Shown one piece after another: positions 8,650-16,233 of a stretch of 37,193 bases of DNA (its first letter is position 1; the number at the start of each line of letters is the position of its first letter). Both the position numbers and the translations under genes were made by a program. Location of the stretch: the NCBI GenBank assembly GCA_002329445.1, contig DCTU01000378.1, forward strand, positions 1-37,193, in the 5' to 3' direction. The notes below the pieces were generated by a model. That model saw only the letters and a list, made by a program, of their open reading frames with translations, made no database searches and was not told the DNA's origin. Origin of the DNA: a bacterium UBP9_UBA1432 (GTDB lineage Bacteria; Vulcanimicrobiota; Xenobia; Xenobiales; Xenobiaceae).

Positions 8650-10584
8650 TCAGGGCCTGATCCTGAAGACGGCCATCTCATACTCGAAAGGACCGACCTC
8701 CCACGGCGCATGGTTCGGCCCCAGACGTTCGAAGGCCAGCTCGGCGTCGAGCTCGACGGGAGGCCCGAAGTGCTTGCCGAGCTCCTTGAGGACCAGATCG
8801 TACTGCTCGCGTCCTCCGAATGGGCTGTCGCGGTAGTAGCCCCGCTCGTGCACGATCAGCAGGCGCAACCCGTACTTCTGGACGATCCACTCGAAATCGC
8901 GTTTGCTGAACTCGGAGGGGGCCTCGGGGTGGGCGTTGAGGCTCTCGAGGTAGCGGAAGAACGAATTCTCGGGAAGCCCGGTGAACATGTGGGCCAGCCG
9001 GGTGACCTCCCCCTCGGGGAACCCCGGCGGCGTCGTCACGCCGGACCAGCCCCCCAGGAGCCTCTTCTCGTGGACCGTCTGGTAGTTCTGGATGTAGTCG
9101 CCCGTGCGGAACGGCAGTTCGGCCACCGCGCAGAACGGCTCTTTGGCCAGGCGATGGTAGAATTCCGGGATCAAGACCTGCGTCTCGGGAAGGGGAACGG
9201 CGCGGGACAGCTTCATGCCGTGGACCACAAGCATGGTGACCAGCAGGATCGAAGCCACGCGCAGGAAGCGGGGCATGGAGAAGCGGGTGGCCAGCGACAG
9301 GAAGGCGGCGCCGGCCAGCACGCCCACACAGACCACCAGCATCCCCGACATGCGGATCGGTGAGAAAAGCCGCGAGAACGCGGGGAAATACTTGAAGAAC
9401 CACACGTAGGGCGTGGCCACCCCCCCCGACTCGAAGGCCACGTATCTGCCCTCGGCGCCGCTCATGAGATACGGGCCCAGCGTCAACATGTAGAAGAAGA
9501 GGGCTCCCCCCAACCAGGGAAGGAGGTCCCGGGCGCGAGGGAGCGTGGAGTCTCCCTCCGGGCCCGAACGAGCGCGCCACCAGGCCAGGGGGATGGCCAA
9601 CAGCGCCATGATCGAGAAGACCCAGGGAAGCCCCCGGGAAAAGCGCGGCATGAACGGGTACTGCCAGGGCAGGGAATCGTTGCGGAAGCGCTGCAGGGAG
9701 TTCAGGAGCTGGTCGTTCTGCTTGAGCATGACGTGCACGTCGGGCGAGGTCAGTTGGCTCAAGGGCGGGAAGTCGCGGTGCCAGGACAGTTCGAAGAGGC
9801 CGTGACCGCTGAAGAAGTGGTCCACATAGGCCCAGGCGAAGGGCAAGGCCGTCAGGAGGGCCACCAGCAGGGTCAGCAGGCCTGTACTGAGGTGGGTGGC
9901 CCTCAGCCGGGGGCCGGAACGAGCCAGCACAGCCAGGATGAGGAAGAGGACCGTGAACATGGCCACCCCCATCCCGTAGTAGAGGTAGACGGCCGAACAC
10001 AGCCCGGCCCACACCCCGGTGTAGACGGCCTGGACCGCTCCGGGCTCGCGCCACAGCCGCACCAGGTGCAGCGCGTACAGGGCCAGCGGGAACAGGATCG
10101 CCTGGCGAACCCGGCCGTTGGCGATCTCGTGCAAGGCGTAGGGGCTCAGAAGCAGGACCAGTCCGCAGACCAGCGCGGCGCTTCGAGCCTTGAGGACCTC
10201 CCGGCCCAGGTAATAACCGGCGGCCCCGTTGAGGGCCAGGACCAGGGCGCACTTGACGTTGTGATAGAGCGGCGCGCCCAGCAAGGCTTCCAGGGGCCAG
10301 GACATGACCTGCAGGTCCAGGACGTTGCCGGTCTCGGGGTAGGCTCCGGCCACCAGGGCGACCCAGACCGCGAGGTCCAGACCGACCCCGGGGGTCGTCC
10401 AGACCTCGGTCATGAGCTGCTTGAGCCACCAGTAACGCCAGAGCCAGCCTTCCAGCTCGCCGGCACCCAGGTAGTGGCTGGTCCAGCGCCCCTGCCAGGC
10501 AGAGGTCTGCCACAGCGCCAGCAGCACACAGACCATCCCCCAGCCCAGCCACTCCAACCAGGCCGTGCGGCCACGGGTCTTCAC
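8650..10584 (-). CDS. Large polytopic membrane protein, paralog of 4800..6620 (possible GT-C-like glycosyltransferase; function unknown)
   Basis: 644 aa. The GTG start overlaps the upstream stop (GTGA). Many TM segments are present. The first-loop motif is GELEGWLWRYWWLKQLM. The C-terminal soluble domain has the same overall layout as the 606-aa paralog. Confidence 0.75.
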   Translation of the reverse strand: MKTRGRTAWLEWLGWGMVCVLLALWQTSAWQGRWTSHYLGAGELEGWLWRYWWLKQLMTEVWTTPGVGLDLAVWVALVAGAYPETGNVLDLQVMSWPLEALLGAPLYHNVKCALVLALNGAAGYYLGREVLKARSAALVCGLVLLLSPYALHEIANGRVRQAILFPLALYALHLVRLWREPGAVQAVYTGVWAGLCSAVYLYYGMGVAMFTVLFLILAVLARSGPRLRATHLSTGLLTLLVALLTALPFAWAYVDHFFSGHGLFELSWHRDFPPLSQLTSPDVHVMLKQNDQLLNSLQRFRNDSLPWQYPFMPRFSRGLPWVFSIMALLAIPLAWWRARSGPEGDSTLPRARDLLPWLGGALFFYMLTLGPYLMSGAEGRYVAFESGGVATPYVWFFKYFPAFSRLFSPIRMSGMLVVCVGVLAGAAFLSLATRFSMPRFLRVASILLVTMLVVHGMKLSRAVPLPETQVLIPEFYHRLAKEPFCAVAELPFRTGDYIQNYQTVHEKRLLGGWSGVTTPPGFPEGEVTRLAHMFTGLPENSFFRYLESLNAHPEAPSEFSKRDFEWIVQKYGLRLLIVHERGYYRDSPFGGREQYDLVLKELGKHFGPPVELDAELAFERLGPNHAPWEVGPFEYEMAVFRIRP

Positions 10585-11639
10585 AGGTCCACCCGCGTTC
10601 CCAGACGGCCCGGTCGATAACGCGGGCCGAGGAGAGCCTCCAGCGCACCGTGGGCCAGCAGGCTGGTGTCACCGTTGGGGATCAGGGTCAGGTCGGGAAA
10701 CTCGTGGCGAATCGCCCGGATCTCGTCCTGAAGGTCGGAGGTGTCGGCTCCCGTCACGTAGCCGGTGGCTCCCACATAGGTGGAGATCCGGCGGCCCAGG
10801 CTCTGCTTCGCCCGGCGCAAGGAATCCAGAGGTCGATTCAAGGCGCTTCCAGAAATCAGCACGACGCGTCCGTCCCCTCCCTCGACGAGAAGATTGAGCT
10901 CTGCGGGGTCGCCCGTGCCTGCGGGCGCCGCGAGAACCTGGGCCCACAGACCGGGAGCCAGGGCGTGCACCCCCACGGGGAGCACCACGGCATGGGGCTG
11001 CTGACGAAACAGGCGCAGCCCCTGCAGTCGAACCGGGTCGTGCTCGGGCAGGATGAGCAGGACCTCGGGATTGAGGTCGGTGACGAACCCCAGACCGCCC
11101 ACGCTGGTCTCGGCCAGGCTGGACAGGACCACGAAGTCCAGCTTCTTGGCCCAGGGCAACAAAGGCGAAGCCTGGAGTTCGCGGACCGCGGTGGCGGCCC
11201 AGTTCTGCCGGGCCACGTCCCGGTGGCCCCCGACGTCGTAGAGGAAGCTCAGGAACCCATCGCACAGGCCGTCCTGGACGCGTCTGGCGTCCTCAGGATC
11301 CCGGACGATCTCCCGAGCCCTCTCGACCAGGGGCGTCCCTGCGGAAAGACGGCGCTGCATGAAGAGCCAGAACATCTGGCCTTCCTGGAACGAGAGGTTG
11401 CGTCGGAACGGAGTGGGCAACTCGATTCCGAGGTACTCGGGTCCGCCCAGGATGTTGACCGTCTCCAGAAGGTCCCGAGCCGGCAGATGGATTCCAGGTC
11501 GGGGCTCGGGAAGGCGGGCCTCCAAGGGCATGCGGATCTGGTCGTGAACCGTCGCCGACCAGCCCAGCAAGGCTGCCAGGATGAGGATCTGGGTCACCAG
11601 GAGTGCCACCAGCCAGCCTGTTCGGGACATCCCCCTCAT
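10581..11639 (-). CDS. Membrane-anchored hypothetical protein; probable catalytically dead MBL-fold (COG1237-like) domain
   Basis: 352 aa. The ATG overlaps the upstream stop (ATGA). There is an N-terminal TM helix (WLVALLVTQILILAALLGW). The segment KLDFVVLSSLAETSVGGLGFV sits where the MBL family has vlSHgHyDHtGGL. Later blocks (VVLISGSALNRP, YVGATGYVTG, LIPNGDTS) occupy positions of other metal-ligand motifs but lack the His/Cys ligands. Confidence 0.55.
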   Translation of the reverse strand: MRGMSRTGWLVALLVTQILILAALLGWSATVHDQIRMPLEARLPEPRPGIHLPARDLLETVNILGGPEYLGIELPTPFRRNLSFQEGQMFWLFMQRRLSAGTPLVERAREIVRDPEDARRVQDGLCDGFLSFLYDVGGHRDVARQNWAATAVRELQASPLLPWAKKLDFVVLSSLAETSVGGLGFVTDLNPEVLLILPEHDPVRLQGLRLFRQQPHAVVLPVGVHALAPGLWAQVLAAPAGTGDPAELNLLVEGGDGRVVLISGSALNRPLDSLRRAKQSLGRRISTYVGATGYVTGADTSDLQDEIRAIRHEFPDLTLIPNGDTSLLAHGALEALLGPRYRPGRLGTRVDL

Positions 11640-12979
11640 GAAAGCGGCGTCGCCCGGCGGGATTCCTCCCCCGCCGCGGCGCGTCCGATGATCCGAGCCA
11701 CCTCGGCCTCGCCCAGGGTCAGGACTCGGCCGGGGCAGGACCCGACGGGGAATCCTGCCCGCGAAGCGACCATGAAGACCGGGAAGCCACCCAGGGCCGC
11801 TCCTTCGTGAAGCCGCCGCAGCCAGGAGGGAAGATCCCCTCCTCCCACTTCCAGGCGCGAGATCGGCTCGAGCAGCACTCCGGCAAGCCCCCCGCGACCC
11901 TCACGCAGGTCACGGGCACGTCGGAGCAGGTCCTCCAGGCTCACGCCTCCAGGACGGGGCACATAGAGCCGTCGGACCACCTTCTCCACGGCTCTCCCCT
12001 CCCGACGCAGACGGACCAGGAGCTCGGCCGGCGGCGTGGTCGGTTCGGCTTCCAGCAACGCCTGGACCACTTCCAGGGGGCCCGCCGACACGGTCGCCAG
12101 GATCAGGCTTCCCGTCGACTCCAGGAGGAGTTCGCAGGCCAAGGCAGCCAGGAATCCACCCACGCGATCCGGTTCCACCAGATAGACCAGCAGGCCCGGG
12201 TTGCTCGATTCACCCTCGCGGAAGGGAAGGAGATGCTCTGGGGCGACCTGGTTCCACGAGAAGGCCAGGAGGGGATTGTCCAGCGGCGGACGGGTCCTCT
12301 TCGATGGGCAGACGGATTCGCGAAGGGCGTGCCTGGTCGAGTCGGGCTTCCGGGTCCGGCCTGGTGCCTGAAGGGCTCCGAGGGTGCCGACCACCGGGGA
12401 GGCCGGATCGATGGGAACCCGGGTCGGCCCGACCTGGGGAAGCCGCGGCCCCTCCAGAAGCGGTTCGGGAAGACAAGCCTCGCTCGCGGGCGGAGCCTCC
12501 TGCGTGGCGGTCTCCGACTCGGCTGGCTGTGCCGGGCCTGCGGGCCCTTCCTCCGGAATCGGAAGAGCCGGGCCTTCCTCGACCGCTTCGAGAGGTTCCG
12601 AGGTCCCGGGCGAAGCCTCGAAATCCGAGGAGGAAGCCGCGGGAGGTGCAGCACGCGACCCCGGCGCGGAGGGAGCCGCCGTGGAGGCCTTGAGCTGGCG
12701 CTGGTGCAGAGCCCTCTCCATCTCCGGGACCGGACGGGTCAACCACATCGCCAGGAGCAGCGAGGCCAGGGCAGCGCCCAGGGCCGTGGGGAGACCTTCG
12801 CGGAAGGCCCGCATCGCCCCCAGGGGGGGATACTTGGCCTGAGGCTCATAGAACATGTGGGGCTGGCGGGTTGCCTGCACCCGGCGTTCGGGTTGCTGGG
12901 CCGAGGCCGGGAAGAGCAGGACCAGGAGCATGGCCAGGAAGAGCCCGGCGGCCAGAAGGCACCTCCTCACGGGATCCAC
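11636..12979 (-). CDS. Two-TM membrane protein with Pro/Glu-rich linker and C-terminal Walker-A-less DnaB-C/RecA-like domain
   Basis: 447 aa with TM1 LLAAGLFLAMLLVLLF and TM2 ALGAALASLLLAMWL, followed by an acidic Pro-rich linker. The C-terminal domain aligns by eye with DnaB C-terminal blocks: LLVYLVEPDRVGGFLAALACELL (P-loop position, no GK[ST]), LILATVS, LAGVLLEPISRL (Walker-B position) and FPVFMVAS. Confidence 0.6.
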   Translation of the reverse strand: MDPVRRCLLAAGLFLAMLLVLLFPASAQQPERRVQATRQPHMFYEPQAKYPPLGAMRAFREGLPTALGAALASLLLAMWLTRPVPEMERALHQRQLKASTAAPSAPGSRAAPPAASSSDFEASPGTSEPLEAVEEGPALPIPEEGPAGPAQPAESETATQEAPPASEACLPEPLLEGPRLPQVGPTRVPIDPASPVVGTLGALQAPGRTRKPDSTRHALRESVCPSKRTRPPLDNPLLAFSWNQVAPEHLLPFREGESSNPGLLVYLVEPDRVGGFLAALACELLLESTGSLILATVSAGPLEVVQALLEAEPTTPPAELLVRLRREGRAVEKVVRRLYVPRPGGVSLEDLLRRARDLREGRGGLAGVLLEPISRLEVGGGDLPSWLRRLHEGAALGGFPVFMVASRAGFPVGSCPGRVLTLGEAEVARIIGRAAAGEESRRATPLS

Positions 12980-13992
12980 CCCTTCTCTTCGATGGCCCGG
13001 GCCAGGGCCTCGGCCATCAACTCGAACCCCTGAACGTTGGGGTGAATCCGGTCGGAGAACAAGCTGGCCCGGTCTGGGCGCTCCTTGAACATGGCGTCGA
13101 TGTCCACCCAGGCGTTGCCCGTCTGCCGAGCCACCTCCTGGGCGATCCTGCGCAACTGATCGTACCCCGGGTGGGGGTCCGGATCCCTCTTGCCCAGGTT
13201 CAGGAAGACCACGTGCCCCCCGCTGGCTCGGGCCTGCCCGACAAACCAGTTGAGAATCTGGCGGTACTCCTCCGGCGGTACCCGGGGCGTGGCCAGGGTG
13301 TAGTCCGCGGGCGGAAGGCCTTCGGGGTTGCTGCGGCGCACCACCCGTTGGCGCAAGAACATGTAGAACTCGCTGCGGAAGAGGGCCAGGCGGAACCAGC
13401 GCACCAGGGGATTGGAGTCCACCCGGGCCGAATCCGGCTTGTCCTCGTAGGCGGGATCGGCGTAGACGCAGCCCAGGATGTAGAGATCCGGCTGATACTT
13501 CAAGCCCACCGAACGAGTCAACTCACGGGCCTGGAATGAGGTCCAACCCGGGCACCCCCCGTTGAGGACCTGAATCTGCCGATCCGGATGGAGACGCTGC
13601 AGCTTGTCTTGCAGGCGGCTCTCATAGGTCTTGTCGTCGTCCACCCCATACCCGTAGGTGATCGAGTCTCCCAGGCACCAGGCTCGCCAGGTCCGAGGAC
13701 CCTTGCGAAAAGGGACCTCGGGACTGCGAATCCCTTGCGAGTTGGTGGTGACCTGGAAGCGCTCACCCCGCATGGCCAGCTCGACCTGCAGGTTGGGCCG
13801 CAGGCGCCAGAACATGGTCGGATGCGGGCGGAACTCGGTCCAATCACTGCCCCGGACCCGAGTCGTTCCGGCCACGTAGGCGGCGATGCGAAACTCCATG
13901 AGGATCGCGAAGACCGCCAGCGGGACCAGGGCCACCAGCAGGGCCCTCAAGACGGGCCGGAAGGTCAAGAAGAGGCGCAGACGACGGATCAC
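12967..13992 (-). CDS. Membrane-anchored SGNH/GDSL-family hydrolase (esterase/acyltransferase type)
   Basis: Block I is WCLGDSITYGYG, block III NGGCPGW, and block V DRIHPNVQGFELMAEAL. An N-terminal TM helix is present (ALLVALVPLAVFAILM). I chose GTG 13992, one nt after the upstream stop. The ATG at 14118 would overlap the upstream gene by 125 nt. Confidence 0.8.
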   Translation of the reverse strand: MIRRLRLFLTFRPVLRALLVALVPLAVFAILMEFRIAAYVAGTTRVRGSDWTEFRPHPTMFWRLRPNLQVELAMRGERFQVTTNSQGIRSPEVPFRKGPRTWRAWCLGDSITYGYGVDDDKTYESRLQDKLQRLHPDRQIQVLNGGCPGWTSFQARELTRSVGLKYQPDLYILGCVYADPAYEDKPDSARVDSNPLVRWFRLALFRSEFYMFLRQRVVRRSNPEGLPPADYTLATPRVPPEEYRQILNWFVGQARASGGHVVFLNLGKRDPDPHPGYDQLRRIAQEVARQTGNAWVDIDAMFKERPDRASLFSDRIHPNVQGFELMAEALARAIEEKGWIP

Positions 13993-13993
13993 G

Positions 13994-15154
13994 TCAGGCG
14001 CCGGCCACGGGGGCCGGGGGGGCCTCCAGGCGTCCCGATACGGGATCGAGACGCAGGGCCAGTTCGGGAAGTGGGCCAGGGAACTGCTGGAAGCAGATGC
14101 GGACCTGCCCTTCGACAACAGGTGTCACTTCGGCGACCGCCAGGAAGAGGTCGGAATCTTCGCGGGCCTGCCAGACCGGAGAGTCGACCGGAACCACGAG
14201 ATGGATGGGCACATGGCAGCGAACCGCCAGCAGTCGGAGATGATCCAGGATGCTGGCGTCCGGCATGTCGGGGTCCCCGACCAGCATCCCGGGGTCATCC
14301 AGCAGGATCGCTCCCAGCTCGGCCTCCTTGCGCAGGTCCTGGCAGGCCTCATGGAGCTGGTGCGGAGTCAGCGCCAGATCGGTCGTGCAGAACAGCGAGC
14401 GCTCGTACCGCTGCAATCCTCGAGCCGCACCCTGCAACAGGGAACGCCGCGCTTCGGGGCCCAGGGCCCGCCAGTCCCGCCCGCTCTCGAGCGACAGAAG
14501 GCGTCGCCCCAGCTCGTCCGCCCCCAGGCTTCGAGTCACGGCCAGGACCGCCAGCTCCGGATCCTGCAGGACGCAACGCGTGAGGTTGGCCAACAGGACG
14601 GGCCCCAGCTCCGGCTGGGAGACCCCCACCAGGACCAGACCCGGCCGAGGCAGGAAAAGCCCTGGCAGGAAGGGGGAGCCTCCCTCCAATGTCCGCAGGA
14701 CGGCGTCCCAGGAGAACGGCACCAGCTCGTCGCCGCCCCGCGCGCCGGAGGCCTTCCGGGCGAGCTGTTCAAGACGGTCGATCCGGGAATTCAGACCGTG
14801 ACTGGTGAAAAGATGGAAGCCGAACAGACACAGAACGACCACCAGGAAGAAGGCCACGGTCCCGGTTCCGGAGGACTCGGAGGCCCTGGCCGGGATGAGC
14901 CGCTCTGAACCGGGAGCCGATCCCTCTCCGAAGGGCTCGATCCCGCCTCCCGGCATGGTCGCCCCTCCGCGCACCCCGGGTTCGATCCCTCCGGGCGGTG
15001 CCTGGGCCCAGGCCGAGGGCACAACCAGCACGGCCAGCCACACGGCCAGCCCCATGAGCAGCGCCCAGGTGACCGGGCGCTGCCGCCTGACGGCCACGCC
15101 ATCCACGCAACCGTCGCCAGGATTGGAGTTCGAGAAGGCCAAGAGCAACCTCAC
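13994..15154 (-). CDS. Two-TM membrane protein with C-terminal Walker-A-less DnaB-C/RecA-like domain (paralog of 11636..12979)
   Basis: 386 aa with TM1 WALLMGLAVWLAVLVV and TM2 VAFFLVVVLCLFGFHLF. The cytoplasmic domain matches DnaB C-terminal blocks. These are LVLVGVSQPELGPVLLANLTRCVL (P-loop position, Lys/Thr missing), LAVLAVTRSLGADELGRRLLSLESG, LFCTTDLALTPHQLHEACQDLRKEAELGAILLDDPGML and HLRLLAVRCHVPIHLVVPV. The GTG start at 15154 is uncertain. Confidence 0.65.
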   Translation of the reverse strand: MRLLLAFSNSNPGDGCVDGVAVRRQRPVTWALLMGLAVWLAVLVVPSAWAQAPPGGIEPGVRGGATMPGGGIEPFGEGSAPGSERLIPARASESSGTGTVAFFLVVVLCLFGFHLFTSHGLNSRIDRLEQLARKASGARGGDELVPFSWDAVLRTLEGGSPFLPGLFLPRPGLVLVGVSQPELGPVLLANLTRCVLQDPELAVLAVTRSLGADELGRRLLSLESGRDWRALGPEARRSLLQGAARGLQRYERSLFCTTDLALTPHQLHEACQDLRKEAELGAILLDDPGMLVGDPDMPDASILDHLRLLAVRCHVPIHLVVPVDSPVWQAREDSDLFLAVAEVTPVVEGQVRICFQQFPGPLPELALRLDPVSGRLEAPPAPVAGA

Positions 15155-15367
15155 TCAGGGGCCTGCGGGGCAGGCATCCCCAGACTTGCGGAGCCGCCCG
15201 CCCCGACTCCATGAAAAACAGGAAATCCCAAGCAAATCCATCGCCCGGGTCCCAGAGAACCCGCCGTGCCCGGCCGGGCACGACGGAGCCTGCTCGAGTA
15301 GGAACATAACAGAACGGTATCCGGTCTTCAACCGGGGGCACCTTGGACTTTGTTCATCTCGCGTTCA

Positions 15368-15395
15368 TCGACACCCGAGGGGAGCGCGCTATACT
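15368..15395 (+). promoter_or_regulatory. Candidate sigma70-type promoter for adk (would give a near-leaderless mRNA)
   Basis: -35-like tcgaca (15368-15373), a 16-nt spacer, and -10-like tatact (15390-15395). The ATG at 15405 lies about 10 nt downstream of the -10 element. This is a pattern match only. Confidence 0.25.
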
Positions 15396-15404
15396 CAAGG
15401 CATC

Positions 15405-16211
15405 ATGAATCCCATCAGCACCCCCGCTTCTTCACTGTCTGCCATCCTCCGGAGTGGTCCCTGGAGAGCCATGGTGCCGATGAATGCCGACGGCGCCCGC
15501 CTGACGGACCGCTTCGAGGCCAGCCCTCCGGCTGCCGAGGCCCCCCGCTACTACCAGCCGACCCTTCCCGGAATGCCCACGGCCTCGCTGGTCTCCTCCA
15601 GCGCCGCGGCGGGAGCCGTGCCTGGACTGGTCGGCGCGACCCTGCGCTTCGTCCTTCTGGGCCCTCCGGGCAGCGGGAAGTCCACCCAAGGCCAGATCCT
15701 CAGCCAGGAGAAGGGAATCCCCCACGTCTCGGTCGGCGAGTTGATCCGCCAGGAGGTCGCCTCAGGCTCCGAGCTGGGGCAGAGACTGGAAGAGGAGACC
15801 CGTGGTGGCAGACTGGCGACCCCGGCGCTGGTGCGAGACCTGATCCAGGACCGTCTGGAGCGCGACGACGCAGCCCGTGGGTTCATCCTGGACGGTTATC
15901 CCCGACAGGACGAGCAGCTTGCCGAGTTCGAGGAGATGCGCCGGGAGATGGGCTGGGGAGACATCCTGGTCCTGGGCCTGGAGGTCCCTGAGGAGGAGGT
16001 CACCCGCCGTCTGGCTGGGCGAGGTCGTGCGGACGACACCCCCGAGGTGATCCGCAACCGCATGGAGATCTACCGGCAGGAAACCGAACCGGTGATGGAT
16101 TACTTCCGGAGCCGAGGAGAGTACCTGGGCATCGACGGCAGCGGAACCATCGAAGAGGTCTCGCAGCGCCTGCACGACGCCCTGGAAGAGCGTCAGTCCG
16201 GCAACTCCTGA
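15405..16211 (+). CDS. adk: Adenylate kinase, short-LID type, with an N-terminal extension of about 80 aa
   Basis: The core begins LRFVLLGPPGSGKSTQGQIL (P-loop). Further motifs are GELIRQEV, GFILDGYPR (NMP-binding/core) and the short LID RLAGRGRADDTPEVIRNRMEIY, which has no Zn-finger insert. The upstream in-frame segment MNPISTPASS...GLVGAT has coding-like GC3. The part of the supplied 468-aa ORF before 15405 overlaps the minus-strand gene and was discarded. Confidence 0.85.
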   Translation: MNPISTPASSLSAILRSGPWRAMVPMNADGARLTDRFEASPPAAEAPRYYQPTLPGMPTASLVSSSAAAGAVPGLVGATLRFVLLGPPGSGKSTQGQILSQEKGIPHVSVGELIRQEVASGSELGQRLEEETRGGRLATPALVRDLIQDRLERDDAARGFILDGYPRQDEQLAEFEEMRREMGWGDILVLGLEVPEEEVTRRLAGRGRADDTPEVIRNRMEIYRQETEPVMDYFRSRGEYLGIDGSGTIEEVSQRLHDALEERQSGNS

Positions 16212-16233
16212 ACCGGCTCCCAGACCTGGGGGG

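Noticed and set aside
5331-8836. Long plus-strand ORFs (5331..6797, 5489..6178, 6410..8836) opposite the membrane protein and GH13 genes.
   Set aside because: Their translations are Arg/Gly/Pro/Gln-rich and featureless. The minus strand encodes an intact GH13 with all four catalytic regions and a coherent polytopic membrane protein.
8678-10672. 664-aa minus-strand ORF in an alternative frame over 8650..10584.
   Set aside because: The product is Arg/Pro/Gly junk. The 644-aa frame gives regular TM helices and a paralog match to 4800..6620.
13993-14118. Longer version of the SGNH hydrolase gene starting at ATG 14118.
   Set aside because: It would overlap the upstream DnaB-C-like gene by 125 nt. 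The GTG at 13992 lies one nt after that gene's stop and precedes the TM anchor. The call remains uncertain.
15211-15309. 32-aa basic ORF (MKNRKSQANPSPGSQRTRRARPGTTEPARVGT) in the adk / envelope-operon intergenic region.
   Set aside because: It has no RBS, an atypical composition and no supporting features. The A-rich DNA is more plausibly promoter or UP-element-like sequence.
14805-15404. N-terminal 200 aa of the supplied 468-aa ORF that ends as adenylate kinase.
   Set aside because: This part overlaps the minus-strand gene 13994..15154 and the intergenic region, and it is low-complexity. The ATG at 15405 is the first start downstream of the divergent gene.
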